In this document: positions 52,501 to 64,000 of the stretch, piece by piece
Layout: every line of letters begins with the position of its first letter
Position numbering within the stretch: position 1 is the first letter of the stretch
Source: Felis catus
Lineage: Eukaryota
DNA: 64,000 nucleotides
Assembly (NCBI RefSeq): GCF_018350175.1
Contig: NC_058383.1
Coordinates: forward strand, 19,222,001-19,286,000
Direction of reading: 5' to 3'
Translations under genes and position numbers: made by a program
Notes under the pieces: model-generated
What the model saw: only the letters and a program-made list of their open reading frames with translations
Database searches by the model: none
Told to the model about the DNA's origin: nothing

Positions 52501-53649
52501 TGTCCGAGGGGGACTTGGCTTCGGGCACTTTAATTACCCTCAGGTGGCTGCTGCTGTGGTCCCATGAAAGTCATTTGTTCCCCCACTTGTTCAACACATC
52601 TCTAGGAAAGATGCTTCTCTGGGCTGGGCCCATGCCGGGTTCTGGAACGTGGGGGGTGAATAAGGTGTGTTCCTGGACTGGGCAGCTCCCAAGCATGGCC
52701 GTGTGGTGTGGCCAGAACTGAAGCGGGCTCAGCGCGGGCGCTGTGTCAGCAGAGGGGCGGCGCCTCCTCTGGCTCGGGCTGGGGGCAGGCTGCAGGACAG
52801 GGAGGGGACACTTGGCCAGCAGCGATCCAGCTTGGTAGAATCCTACAGCTCCACCGCTTCCTGGGCTAGGTTACAAAAATTGCCGACAAGAGGAGCTCGG
52901 TGCCACGAAGTCTGCTGACACTATGTCACCCCGGTGTATGTTCCGAGAACTTGACATATATCCACTAATTCGATCCTAAACACCGTCCCGTTTTACAGGC
53001 AGGGAAATTGAGGCCCAGCAAGTGGCAGAGCTGGGATTTGCACCCAGCCTGTCTGGCTCCAGGTGAGCCGCCCCACGTCGGTGGGTGGCTCCTGGGCTGG
53101 GCACAGCCATCCACAGACGCCGGGCGGGGTGCGGGGACCCAGGGCCCAGCCACACGAGGACTTGGTCCTCGCAGACCTCACGGGCGACAAAAGCAGCCTG
53201 ATCGGGCCGTCTGGGGAGACAACGCCATCTCCAGAATATGCAGCCTCTTAGCTGCGAGTGGGGTTTGGGCCAAGAAAATATTTTGGAAATGCCTGGTCGA
53301 GTTTTGCAATATTTCTGCACCGAACAGCTGCTCCGGCTTTGTGGTGGGCTGACGCGGGCAGGAGGAACGGGGGAGGAAGGACGTCAGCGAGCCCACATTA
53401 TTAAAGGCTTACTGTTTGCAGGTCTCTGCTCAGCACTTCGCAGCCCTGGGAAGGCGGGGTGATGGCTCTCCCTGTGGGCGTGGAAAAAGTGCGGAGCTGA
53501 AAGGCACCCTGACTTGCTGGGATCTCTGGTCCCCTGGGGGATACAGCCCAGCCCAGGGGGCCATCTTCCCCCTTCCTCCGGGTACGGTGCTATCCCTGCT
53601 CCGGCCCCCAAACTCCCACCCTCACCTTTTCTCACTCCCCCCTCCCTCG

Positions 53650-54050
53650 TTCTGCCCCAGCCCCCGTGGCCTCTCTCTTTCTAGAACATGCAGAACATCC
53701 CCCTCACAGGGCCTTTGCACTTGCCACTCTCTCTGCCTGGCATGCTCTCCCTCTGAATCATCGCATGTCTCACTTTGTCTCACCTTGACTGCTCGGCCAG
53801 AAGACCACTTCCTTGGAGAAGCTTCCCCTGACCGCACCAGCTTCCTTGGCGGCCCTTGTAGCACCCTGTCTTCTGTTCTTCATAGAGCTTGTCCCTCTCT
53901 GAACTTACCTTTTATGTTTACGGGCTTGACTTTTGTTTGGTTGTCTCTCCCAACCACGGTCCGGGGAACAGTGCCCCGTCTTGTTTTGCTCGCGTCTGCA
54001 TTCTGAGAGTCTAGAACAGTGCGTTACATACAGCAGGTGCTCGGTTGTTG
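53650..54050 (+). mobile_element. L2 3' fragment
   Basis: CAGGGCCTTTGCACTTGC...CTAGAACAGTGC...CAGCAGGTGCTC. Confidence 0.65.
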
Positions 54051-54744
54051 GCTCCAGGTTTCTCCCACCACCTCCCGCCCAAGCGGCCGCGTTTCCCTAA
54101 GCCACTCCATGAACCTTTGGTGATCTTAACTGCTCCGGGAGTCGCTATTTTTTTCTCGGGCTCCTGTGATATGGATTCTGCCACAGTTTCTTTTTCCCGA
54201 GGAAGGCATTTGCTTTTGAAACTTGCCTTTGGGGCTTTGCAGTGCCCCCAGCTAGCTCCGGAGCACATCGGATGTGACATTTGATGGAGGCGATGCTGCC
54301 ATATGGTCCAGGTGTCTGCATCTTTCCTTCAGGGGCAACTGGGGTTTGCAGCTGATTGCAGCTGTCAGGTTCAATGCCCGAGACAAGCTTTTGATTTCGC
54401 CCGGTGTGTCTGTAAGGCCAGGCTAGGCTGGGCAAGAGGCTGTCACTTGCCGGGTGCAGAGGTGGCTTCTGGGAATTCCGTCTCGATGGGTCTCTGCCGC
54501 TGCCGCCCTCAAAATAGCAGAGGGAATTTGGGCGAAGACTTGCCTGGGTCCTGAGCTGCTTGGCATTTTTATTAGATCAAAATCAAATCCAATATCGTAC
54601 TGCTCAAGTCTGCTTCCTTTATTAAAATGGAAACAGGCAGTATTTCTGAAATAAATACGAACGCCAAGTCGCTGGGCACCAGACAGGTGTGCAGCCTGGA
54701 GACATCCGAGTCCCTGGCACTGGGGGCTCAGAGATCCAGGCCAG

Positions 54745-54910
54745 CACTGACACCAGAACCACCCGGGTGGCTCCTTAAAATACAGATTGCCGGACCCCGT
54801 CTCTGAGTTTCTGGCTCAAGAGGGCTGGGCGGGGCCTGGGAGTCTGCATTCCCAAGGGGTCCCAAGTGATACTGTTTCTTGCTGCTCTGTGGACCAGATT
54901 CTGAGCAGTC
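54745..54910. mobile_element. MER5A-like element
   Basis: AAAATACAGATTGCCGGACCCC...GGGGCCTGGGAGTCTGCATTCCCAAG. Confidence 0.6.
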
Positions 54911-56430
54911 CTCGGCCCGGAGCCAACACCTGTCCCTCTGAAGCTGCGGCCGGGAGCGAGTTTGCATCTTGTCGCTTGGTCGGGCTCTTCAGTGGCTTCT
55001 GGATGGAAACTGCTGTTTCTAGGGCCAATTCCTCCCCAATCCGTCCTCCTAAGACACAGTTTTGATCCTGTCTCCCCCCCGCCCCCATCCCTTCCTAGCT
55101 CCAAAACCTCCCGTGCTGGCTCCCATGGCGGGTGTCAGGCACCATGCCAACCCCTCCTGCACATTCCCAAAGAGGCCTTCTCGCCCCCCATCCCATCCCC
55201 GCTTTGTTTCTCCGCCATCCGTCCCTCTCGGAATCCTTCTTTGCTAAGTGTCTCCCCACTAGAATGGAGATACCAGGAGGACGGGGCCTCGTCACCGCAT
55301 CTGTGTGCTTAGCCCACTGTCGGCCATCAGCACACTTCTGGCGAATGATTTAGCTTAGTCCATGACCGTTTCTGCCCAGGGCAGTGTTCCTCCAGGGGCG
55401 CCTGGTCCTAAGAAACGCTGGGGGCTCTTGTCAAAATACAGAAATCCCTGGAGATTCCACTTTCTTGGTTTGGGGCAGGGCCGAGGAATCCACATCAGGG
55501 AAGTCTGGTGATAAGGTGCAAACCCCAGGGGCAGATGAACCCTGTCCCCCTGAGGGGGCATTGCTGTGCCTTTTACCCCCCCGGCACCCAGCGACTCTGG
55601 CAACCACAGCCCTCCACGCCTCACCCCGCCAGCCGCGTTCACCCCGCTTTCCAGCCACACAGACCTTCTTGCTCGCCACCAACATTGCTAGGCTTTTCAC
55701 ACCTCCTGAAAACCTCATTTACCTGCCAAGAACCTATTTCACACTCTGTTCCTTCTGCCTGAAAAGACCTGTTCCCTTCCTCTGCTTGGCGAAAAACAAA
55801 CCCTACCCGTGGAGTTGCGCGCTTCACGTTGCTTTCCAAGTCTAGTTCAAAGGTCTGGGGATGGCAGCCAGGCCCCTCTTCACCCCCTGCCAGAGGTGGT
55901 CATGTTCACCTCTGCATTTTTCCTGCCCTGAGGCTCATGTCTATAAGGTGGGGTTTTATGGTGGTTACAAGCTCGGCCTTTGGAGGCTGCCTGGGTTGAA
56001 ATCCAGCAGTGAGACTTTGGGCTCAACTTTGGGACTTAGCCTGTCTGGGCCTCACTTTCCTCATCTGTGAAATGGGCATAGTAATGGCACGTCACTCATA
56101 TTTCAGGTGATTAAATGAGCCCGTGTACATGAGGCACAGTGAATGGGTCCTGCCACACTGGGAGAGCTGGGGACACGTGTGCCCTCCAGTGTGTGTCTGT
56201 CTCCCTCACTAGCACTGGCAGATGTCTCACCCAGGTGTGCAGATCCAGCACCCATCATGGAGGCTGACACACAGTAGGTGCCCAACAAAGGTTTGATAAG
56301 AGAATGAAGAAATCAGTGGTCCTGGGAGAGGTGGAAGGTTAAGTGGACTCAACCTGATCCCAAGTGTGGAAAACAGATGAGGAGCATGTTATGGCCCAAG
56401 AAACATGGGGTCCCCAGAAGATGGACTCCA

Positions 56431-56601
56431 GGGGTAGGGTGGCTCAGTTGGCTAAGCATCCAACTCTTGATTGCAGCTCAGGTCATGATCTCACTGTTCG
56501 TGGGTTTGAGCCCTGCATCAGGCTCTGCACGGACAGCACAGAGCCTGCTTGGGATTGTCTCTATCCCTCTCTCTCCCTGCTCCTCCCCTGCTTGTGCACA
56601 T

Positions 56602-56636
<35 letters not shown>

Positions 56637-56680
56637 ATAAATAAATACCCAAAGAAAAAAATACCTTTATATATAAAAAA
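56431..56680 (+). mobile_element. Can-SINE
   Basis: 15-bp TSD AGAAGATGGACTCCA (56416-56430 and 56681-56695). Confidence 0.94.
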
Positions 56681-58029
56681 AGAAGATGGACTCCAGCGAG
56701 GAGAAGGAGGAGGCCCCCATTTGGGCTCCTAAGACAAGCTGCCCCAAGGTAGACAAAATCCAGCCTCCCCTCCACATGGATCTCACACACACCTGCTCTT
56801 CTCCCCAGATCTGCATTATCAATCCCGTCCCTGGAATTGGGCTAGGTGCTGGGGACACAGTAATAAGAACAGCAGAGCTAGTCTGTGTCCTCATGTCACA
56901 TAGAGCCTCGTAGGGGAAACTGGGAGGAATCAAGTAAATGGATATTACCAAATATGCCAGAGTCTCTGAAGTGCCCTCAGGATACAGATTTATGGAGCAG
57001 GGTTGGCTTGGAGAGGCAGTCATAGTGCCCTCGCCAAGGTGGTGACATTTTAGGAACGGCAAAGGGATGATAGTGTCACTAGCTGAAGGGCCCCCAAAGC
57101 CAGACACCTCAGTGCCAACCTTGATTCATTTCTTCATCACTCCCCTAATCCCATCTCTTTCTAGAGGAAAGAGTTCGAGGTTAGGCTGTGGGTGGGGCCA
57201 TGAGTCTTGAAGAGAGGCTTTCAGCACCTTGGAGAGTGCATGTGGGGGGATTGATGGGACGGGGCGGGGGTGTTGGCCTTGGTCTGTTTCTTCTGGGCTG
57301 GGCTGCTGTGGGGTCAGAAAGGCCAATCCCAGCCACGTGCCCACCGTCATCGATTCCTCTACCAGCTTCAGAGCACCTTGGACAAGTTACATCCCCTATA
57401 AGTGCCCCCCTTTCCCTTTTGACACGTGTGTGGTGGCATCGGCATTCTTGGCTTTAAAGGGCCCTTCCAACTCAATGAATCCGTTCCAGAACAGAGGATG
57501 TGACTGCACACAATTCAGCAGAGCTAAGAGCTGATCCCCTGGGATCTAGGTGCCTTGAGGGAGTTCGTGACAATGATTTTCCACTGAATGATGGAGAAGT
57601 TAGGACCGAAGAGACAGGACATTAAATATGTTCATGTTCATCTGGGCCAAATACTCTGCTAAGCCTGGGAGCTTCCAAGGGAATTTAAAACACAGTACCT
57701 GCTATCAACCCTCTGAGTGGCACCTTGGACAGATCTCTTCCCCCCTCCCCCTGCCCCCCACCACCCCCTGGAGCCTTGGCTTCCCCGTCTGTGAACAGAG
57801 GTGGTTGAATCCAGATCCTCTCTAGTGCTGGTATTTTGCTATTTCCACATCTGTCTGAAGTCAGATAATGAAGGACTTCTAGCAAGGGGGCCCGCTGGGC
57901 CTGCTGACCCCTTTGTAACCCACATCCGTTGCAGGCTCAGAGAGAAGGCACTTGTCAAAAGTCACACAGCTTGGAAAAAAAAAAAAAAGCTGACACAGCT
58001 TGAAAGCAGTGGAGCCTGGATTTGAACAA

Positions 58030-58226
58030 AAAAAAAAAATATTTTGAGAGAAAGAAAGCATACGCATGGGGGGGCGGGGGACAGAGAGATGGGGAGAGAG
58101 AAAATCTTAAGCAGGCTCCACGCTCATGTGAGCCTGACGTGGAGCTGAATCTCACAGCCGTGAGATCGTGACCCGAGCTGAAATCAAGGGTCAGATGCTC
58201 AACCGACTGAGCCACCCAGGCGCCCC
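58030..58226 (-). mobile_element. Can-SINE inserted in a MIR
   Basis: Head ...CTCAACCGACTGAGCCACCCAGGCGCCCC; GATTTGAAC repeated on both sides. Confidence 0.9.
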
Positions 58227-58819
58227 ATTGATTTGAACCTTTGACTGCCAGACTGCAAGTATAGTCTTTCCCCTTCAGCCTGGGTCCAAAAAAGGAGAGA
58301 CTGACCAAAGAGCCTCTCGTAACGTACAGCATCTCCGAATAGGAGCGGCAGGCAGAGCTCTTTCTCCAAGCTTAAGAATCGCTCCATCCTCGTCCCGCAT
58401 GGTTTCTTCGTTTGTTACAAAAAGTCAGCTCAGGACTAGCTCTGTGCCTGGCCAGGTGCTGGCGGCCAAAGGCTCCAGGATGACAGCAGCCCCGGTCCCC
58501 GCCTGCACTGAGTCCCCAGGTTAGCCGGGGAGACCCTCATGAACACGAAGTGACAAGCCCAGGGAGAAGAGATCTGCACCGTGTTGTGGGAACACAGAGG
58601 AGGGAGCGAGGCCTGTGTCTATAAGGTCATGGAATTCTTCCGGGCGGGGGGGGGGGAGCCTTTGAAAGACAAATGGGGCACTCAATAGCCAGAGAACAGC
58701 AGGGAAGGGCACCGGGCCAAGGGACCAGAATGTGTAAAGCCACGGAACAGAGCCTGGAACGAAAATGCAGGCGGGGAAATAGTCAGAGGTCAGAAATGGC
58801 CTCCTGTGCGTGGGGACCG

Positions 58820-59050
58820 AGTCCAGCCTGAGAGATGCCACTTGGCCCACAGATGGTTTTAAAAGCGTCCATGGTCATTATTTAAAGCCAGGAGATTTTA
58901 TTACGAAATTCTGATTTTCAATGTCTCCAAACTTTTTGGAAAATCTGAGGGCCCATTTTCCATGGCAACAGTTGGCCAGAGCTGAAGAATGGCCCCTTCT
59001 GGCTGCTTCACCCACTTACGTCATCTGATCGGGCCTCGTTGACATGTTGA
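58820..59050 (+). mobile_element. MER102-like fossil
   Basis: CAGGAGATTTT...CTGATTTTC...CCCATTTTCCATGGCAACAGTTGGCCAGAGCTGA. Confidence 0.5.
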
Positions 59051-59713
59051 CGTGGGATTCTCCAATCTACAGCATAAGGTGCTCTTTTGGCTACACTGGC
59101 TGATGACTAGCCAAAAAGTAAAGGGACTGAGCGAAGGGAAGAGAAGGTCATGGTGGCCTGGAGTGGCGGTGGGGGGACCTCCTCAGGCATGGGGAGGACA
59201 GAATCCCTGCTCTCCACTGTAAATGACTCTGGGCCCCAACCCCCTCCCGGGAGGCCGAAGAGGAAGGAGGGCCCCAGTCCTCAGTGATTTGGCCTCTGGA
59301 TCCAGGAGACAAGGAGCCTGATTTTAACTCAAGGAAGGGCAGGGATCATGGCCTTCCTTTTTCCTTCGGAATGCATGATCACTTCTCTGTTCCAACAAAT
59401 TCTCCGGGGTTCTGCCTGTTGGCAACGGTTAGAGCAGCCACGATCACTTTTAAATATTCATTTAGAAAAACAATCAAATCTTTCTGCACATCAAATATTT
59501 GCCTCTAGATTTTTTTTAAAAAATCCAAACACCTATAATCTTGGCAGCATTTGCTTCCAAAGAATGCAACTATTTCGGTGACTGGGGCCAAAACAAATGT
59601 TTTTCCTGAGGCCAAACGGTTCCAGAATGTTTGCCAAATATTTCGTACCCTTTTTAAAATACGGTAAAATTAGCAAAGCACTAGCATTAAAAAATATGGA
59701 AAACAAAAAGTCA

Positions 59714-59947
59714 GGGGCGCCTGGGTGGCTCAGTCGGTTAAGCATCCGACTTCGGCTCAGGTCACGATCTCACGGTTTGTGAGTTCGAGCCCCACATCGG
59801 GCTCTGTGCTGACGGCTCGGAGCCTGGAGCCCGTTTCGGATTCTGTGTCTCCCTCTCTCTCTGACCCTCCCCCGTTCATGCTCTGTCTCTCTCTGTCTCA
59901 AAAATAACCGTTAAAAAAAATTTTTTTTTTATTAAAAAAGAAAAAAC
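59714..59947 (+). mobile_element. Can-SINE (SINEC_Fc)
   Basis: Near consensus; TSD CAAAAAGTCA (59704-59713 and 59948-59957). Confidence 0.95.
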
Positions 59948-60399
59948 CAAAAAGTCAAGGCAAAAACACAGAACAAAACCCACAACCGTCCCCCACCCCC
60001 TAATGGGCACAACTGTCCTCACCTTTGCTTGTTCCCTTCCGGCCTTTGTCATGAGGAAGACTGTCCCAGTAGAGCTGCTTTGGGGGTGCAGGAGGAGTAA
60101 TGAGCTGCCTGTCTTAAGAGGTGTGCAAGCAGGCGCTTGGCCTCAGCAGGAATTCCCACCTCCGGGGGGGCTTGCTACAAAGGGCCCATGTGACCCCGAA
60201 GGATGACAGGAATGTCTGAGCATCCACGATTGCTCCGAGGGGAACAGAACACGGAGCAAACATCTTTAATGCGGAAGTTTGATCGAGTCCGGCTCTACCA
60301 TAAGCTGTGAATCGCGAGACCGCTGCTTGTGCCCGCTGAGCCTCAGTTCCCTCATCTGTAAAATGGGGTTGCTACCTCACAGGCTTGTGAGGCTGGAAT

Positions 60400-61950
<1,551 letters not shown>

Positions 61951-61978
61951 TCACACAGCAGGCACATGGCAGGGCCAC

Positions 61979-61984
61979 AATAAA
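61979..61984 (+). terminator. Candidate proximal polyadenylation signal AATAAA
   Basis: First AATAAA after the stop codon, followed by the GU-rich TGTCGTCTTGCTGTGTGTGG. Confidence 0.45.
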
Positions 61985-62535
61985 TGCTTGTTGAACCTGT
62001 CGTCTTGCTGTGTGTGGAGGCCAGTTGCTCTTTGGGCTGTGGCTGCCCCCCGTGGCCCCACCCTGTCGGGTCCTCAAGGAACCTGAAGGTGAGACGGCCT
62101 GAGTGTGCTGGGGTCAGGGCCAGACACTGAGGTTTGGGAAGGAAGGAGAGCAGAATGTAGCTGGGTCTAGGGGGTTGGGTCGGGGTGGAGCCAGCTGGCA
62201 GGCCGCCCTGGATTCCGGAGGGTGGGCGAGGTGGGGGTGGGTCAGGCAGGTGGAAAATTTGGGAGACGGGCCCTCAAGCCCGGGCCCTATGCTGCCCTGA
62301 CCCCCTGGGGACCCTTTGCCCTGTGTCTGGAGCTACCTTTACATCAAGTCCTAGGGCTCAGATGCCTGGGGAAACAGGCCTATTGTAAAGATGAGAGAAC
62401 TTAGAGTCACAGAGATGAAGTAACCTGCCCAAGATCACAGAGCTAGCAAATGGCAGAATTGGGGTCTGAACCAGAGCCTCATCTCTTCCCAGAAGGAATT
62501 CTAGAGCTTTCCCCCAAGTAGAGAATGTTCTTTGC

Positions 62536-63356
62536 CCTTCCATCCACCCATCATTCGTTCATCATCCATCCATTATCCGTCATTTACCCATCATCCATCC
62601 ATCCATCGGTCATCTGTCCATCCTTCCTTCCATCCATCCATCATCCGTCCATCCTGCCTTCCATCCATCCATCCATCCATCATCCATCCTTCCATTCATC
62701 CTTCCATCCATCCATCCATCCATCCACCCTTCCTTCCTTCCATCCATCCATCATCCATCCATCATCCATCCTTCCATCCATCCTTCCATCCATCCTTCCA
62801 TCCATCCATCCATCTATCCTTCCTTTCTTCCTTCCATCCATCCATCCATCCATCCATCCATCATCCATCCTTCCATCTATCCTTCCATCCATCCATCCTT
62901 CCTTCCATCCATCCATCCATCCATCCATCCATCTATCCTTCCTTCCTTCCATCCATCCATCCATCATCCATCCTTCCATCCATCCTTCCATCCTTCCATC
63001 CATCCATCCATCCATCCATCTATCCTTCCTTCCTTCCTTCCATCCATCCATCCATCATCCATCCTTCCATCCATCCTTCCATCCATCCATCCTTCCATCC
63101 ATCCTTCCATCCATCCATCCATCCATCCATCTATCCTTCCTTCCTTCCTTCCATCCATCCATCCATCATCCATCCTTCCATCCATCCATCCATCCTTCCA
63201 TCCATCCATCCATCCTTCCATCCATCCATCCTTCCTTCCATCCATCCATCCTTCCTTCCATCCATCCATCCATCCATCCATCCATCCTTCCAGCCATGCA
63301 TCCATCATCCATCTACCAGTTGTCATCCTTCCTGTATCAGACGTTCATCCATCTTC
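62536..63356. repeat. Complex (CCAT)n/(CCTT)n tandem repeat
   Basis: Direct inspection, about 0.8 kb, with recurring marker CATCTATCCTT. Confidence 0.97.
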
Positions 63357-63601
63357 CTTTCAGGTAGGACCCACCCTCATTATTTAATCAGCCGTGTATC
63401 CATCTATCCAATGATATAGCTCATTGTGCCCCTACGATGTGTCAAGGACTGCAGGAGGCACTTGAGATAGGATATTGAGCCATCCAGACAGGGTGTCTGT
63501 CCTCACGGGTGGGCATGACAGATAACCAGACAGATGGTTATTATACGGTGGTGTTGTGGTGCCCGACTCCAGGGCCAGGCAGCCTGGGTTAAAAACAATT
63601 T

Positions 63602-63832
63602 ATTTATTTATTTATTTTTAATTTTTTTTAACTTTTTATTTATTTTTGAAACAGGGAGAGACAGACCATGAACAGGGGAGGATCAGAGAGAGGGAGACAC
63701 AGAATCTGAAACAGACTCCAGGCTCTGAGCTGTCAGCACAGAGCCCAACGCGGGGCTCGAACTCATGGACTGCGAGATCACGACTCGAGCCGAAGTCGGC
63801 CCGCTTAACCAACTGAGCCGCCCAGGCGCCCC
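63602..63832 (-). mobile_element. Can-SINE inserted at the tail of another SINE
   Basis: TSD AACAATTT (63594-63601 and 63833-63840). Confidence 0.93.
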
Positions 63833-63840
63833 AACAATTT

Positions 63841-64000
63841 TTTTTAATGTTTATTTATTTTTGAGAGAGAGACAGAGTGAGAGTGGGGAAGGGGCAGAGA
63901 GAGAGGGAGACAGAATCTGAAACAGGCTCCGGGCTCTGAGCTGTCAGCACAGGGCCTGATGCGGGGCTCGAACTCATCACGGCGAGATCGTGACCTAGGC
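63841..64000 (-). mobile_element. Can-SINE, cut off by the window end
   Basis: TTTTTAATGTTTATTTATTTTTGAGAGAG...GGGCTCGAACTC. Confidence 0.92.

Noticed and set aside
62525..63419. 280-aa and 295-aa SIHP-repeat ORFs
   Set aside because: Artefacts of the (CCAT)n repeat.

Overview
Mammalian genomic DNA, most likely a felid or other feliform carnivore: about 15 tRNA-derived Can-SINEs of the SINEC_Fc type are present. The window holds the 3' part of GSG1L (claudin-family AMPA-receptor auxiliary subunit) on the + strand. Four coding exons lie at 23771-23882, 34777-34944, 49439-49509 and 61442-61539 (stop). All have canonical AG/GT boundaries and splice in frame to [15 protein letters not shown]...[12 protein letters not shown]. 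Upstream exons lie outside the window. The rest is intron and 3' region filled with Can-SINEs, L1, L2, MIR, L3/CR1, MLT1 LTRs, hAT DNA transposon fossils and simple repeats. Almost all ORFs in the supplied track are spurious. I found no convincing new multi-gene system. The best leads are in RNA processing: in-frame alternative splice sites at both ends of one intron, a candidate L2-derived poly(A) signal followed by an ~800-nt YCAY array, a complementary G-rich intronic minisatellite, inverted SINE pairs around exons, and a target site hit three times by SINEs. Repeat family names and exon numbering come from recalled consensus or orthologue sequences, not from a search, and repeat boundaries are approximate.
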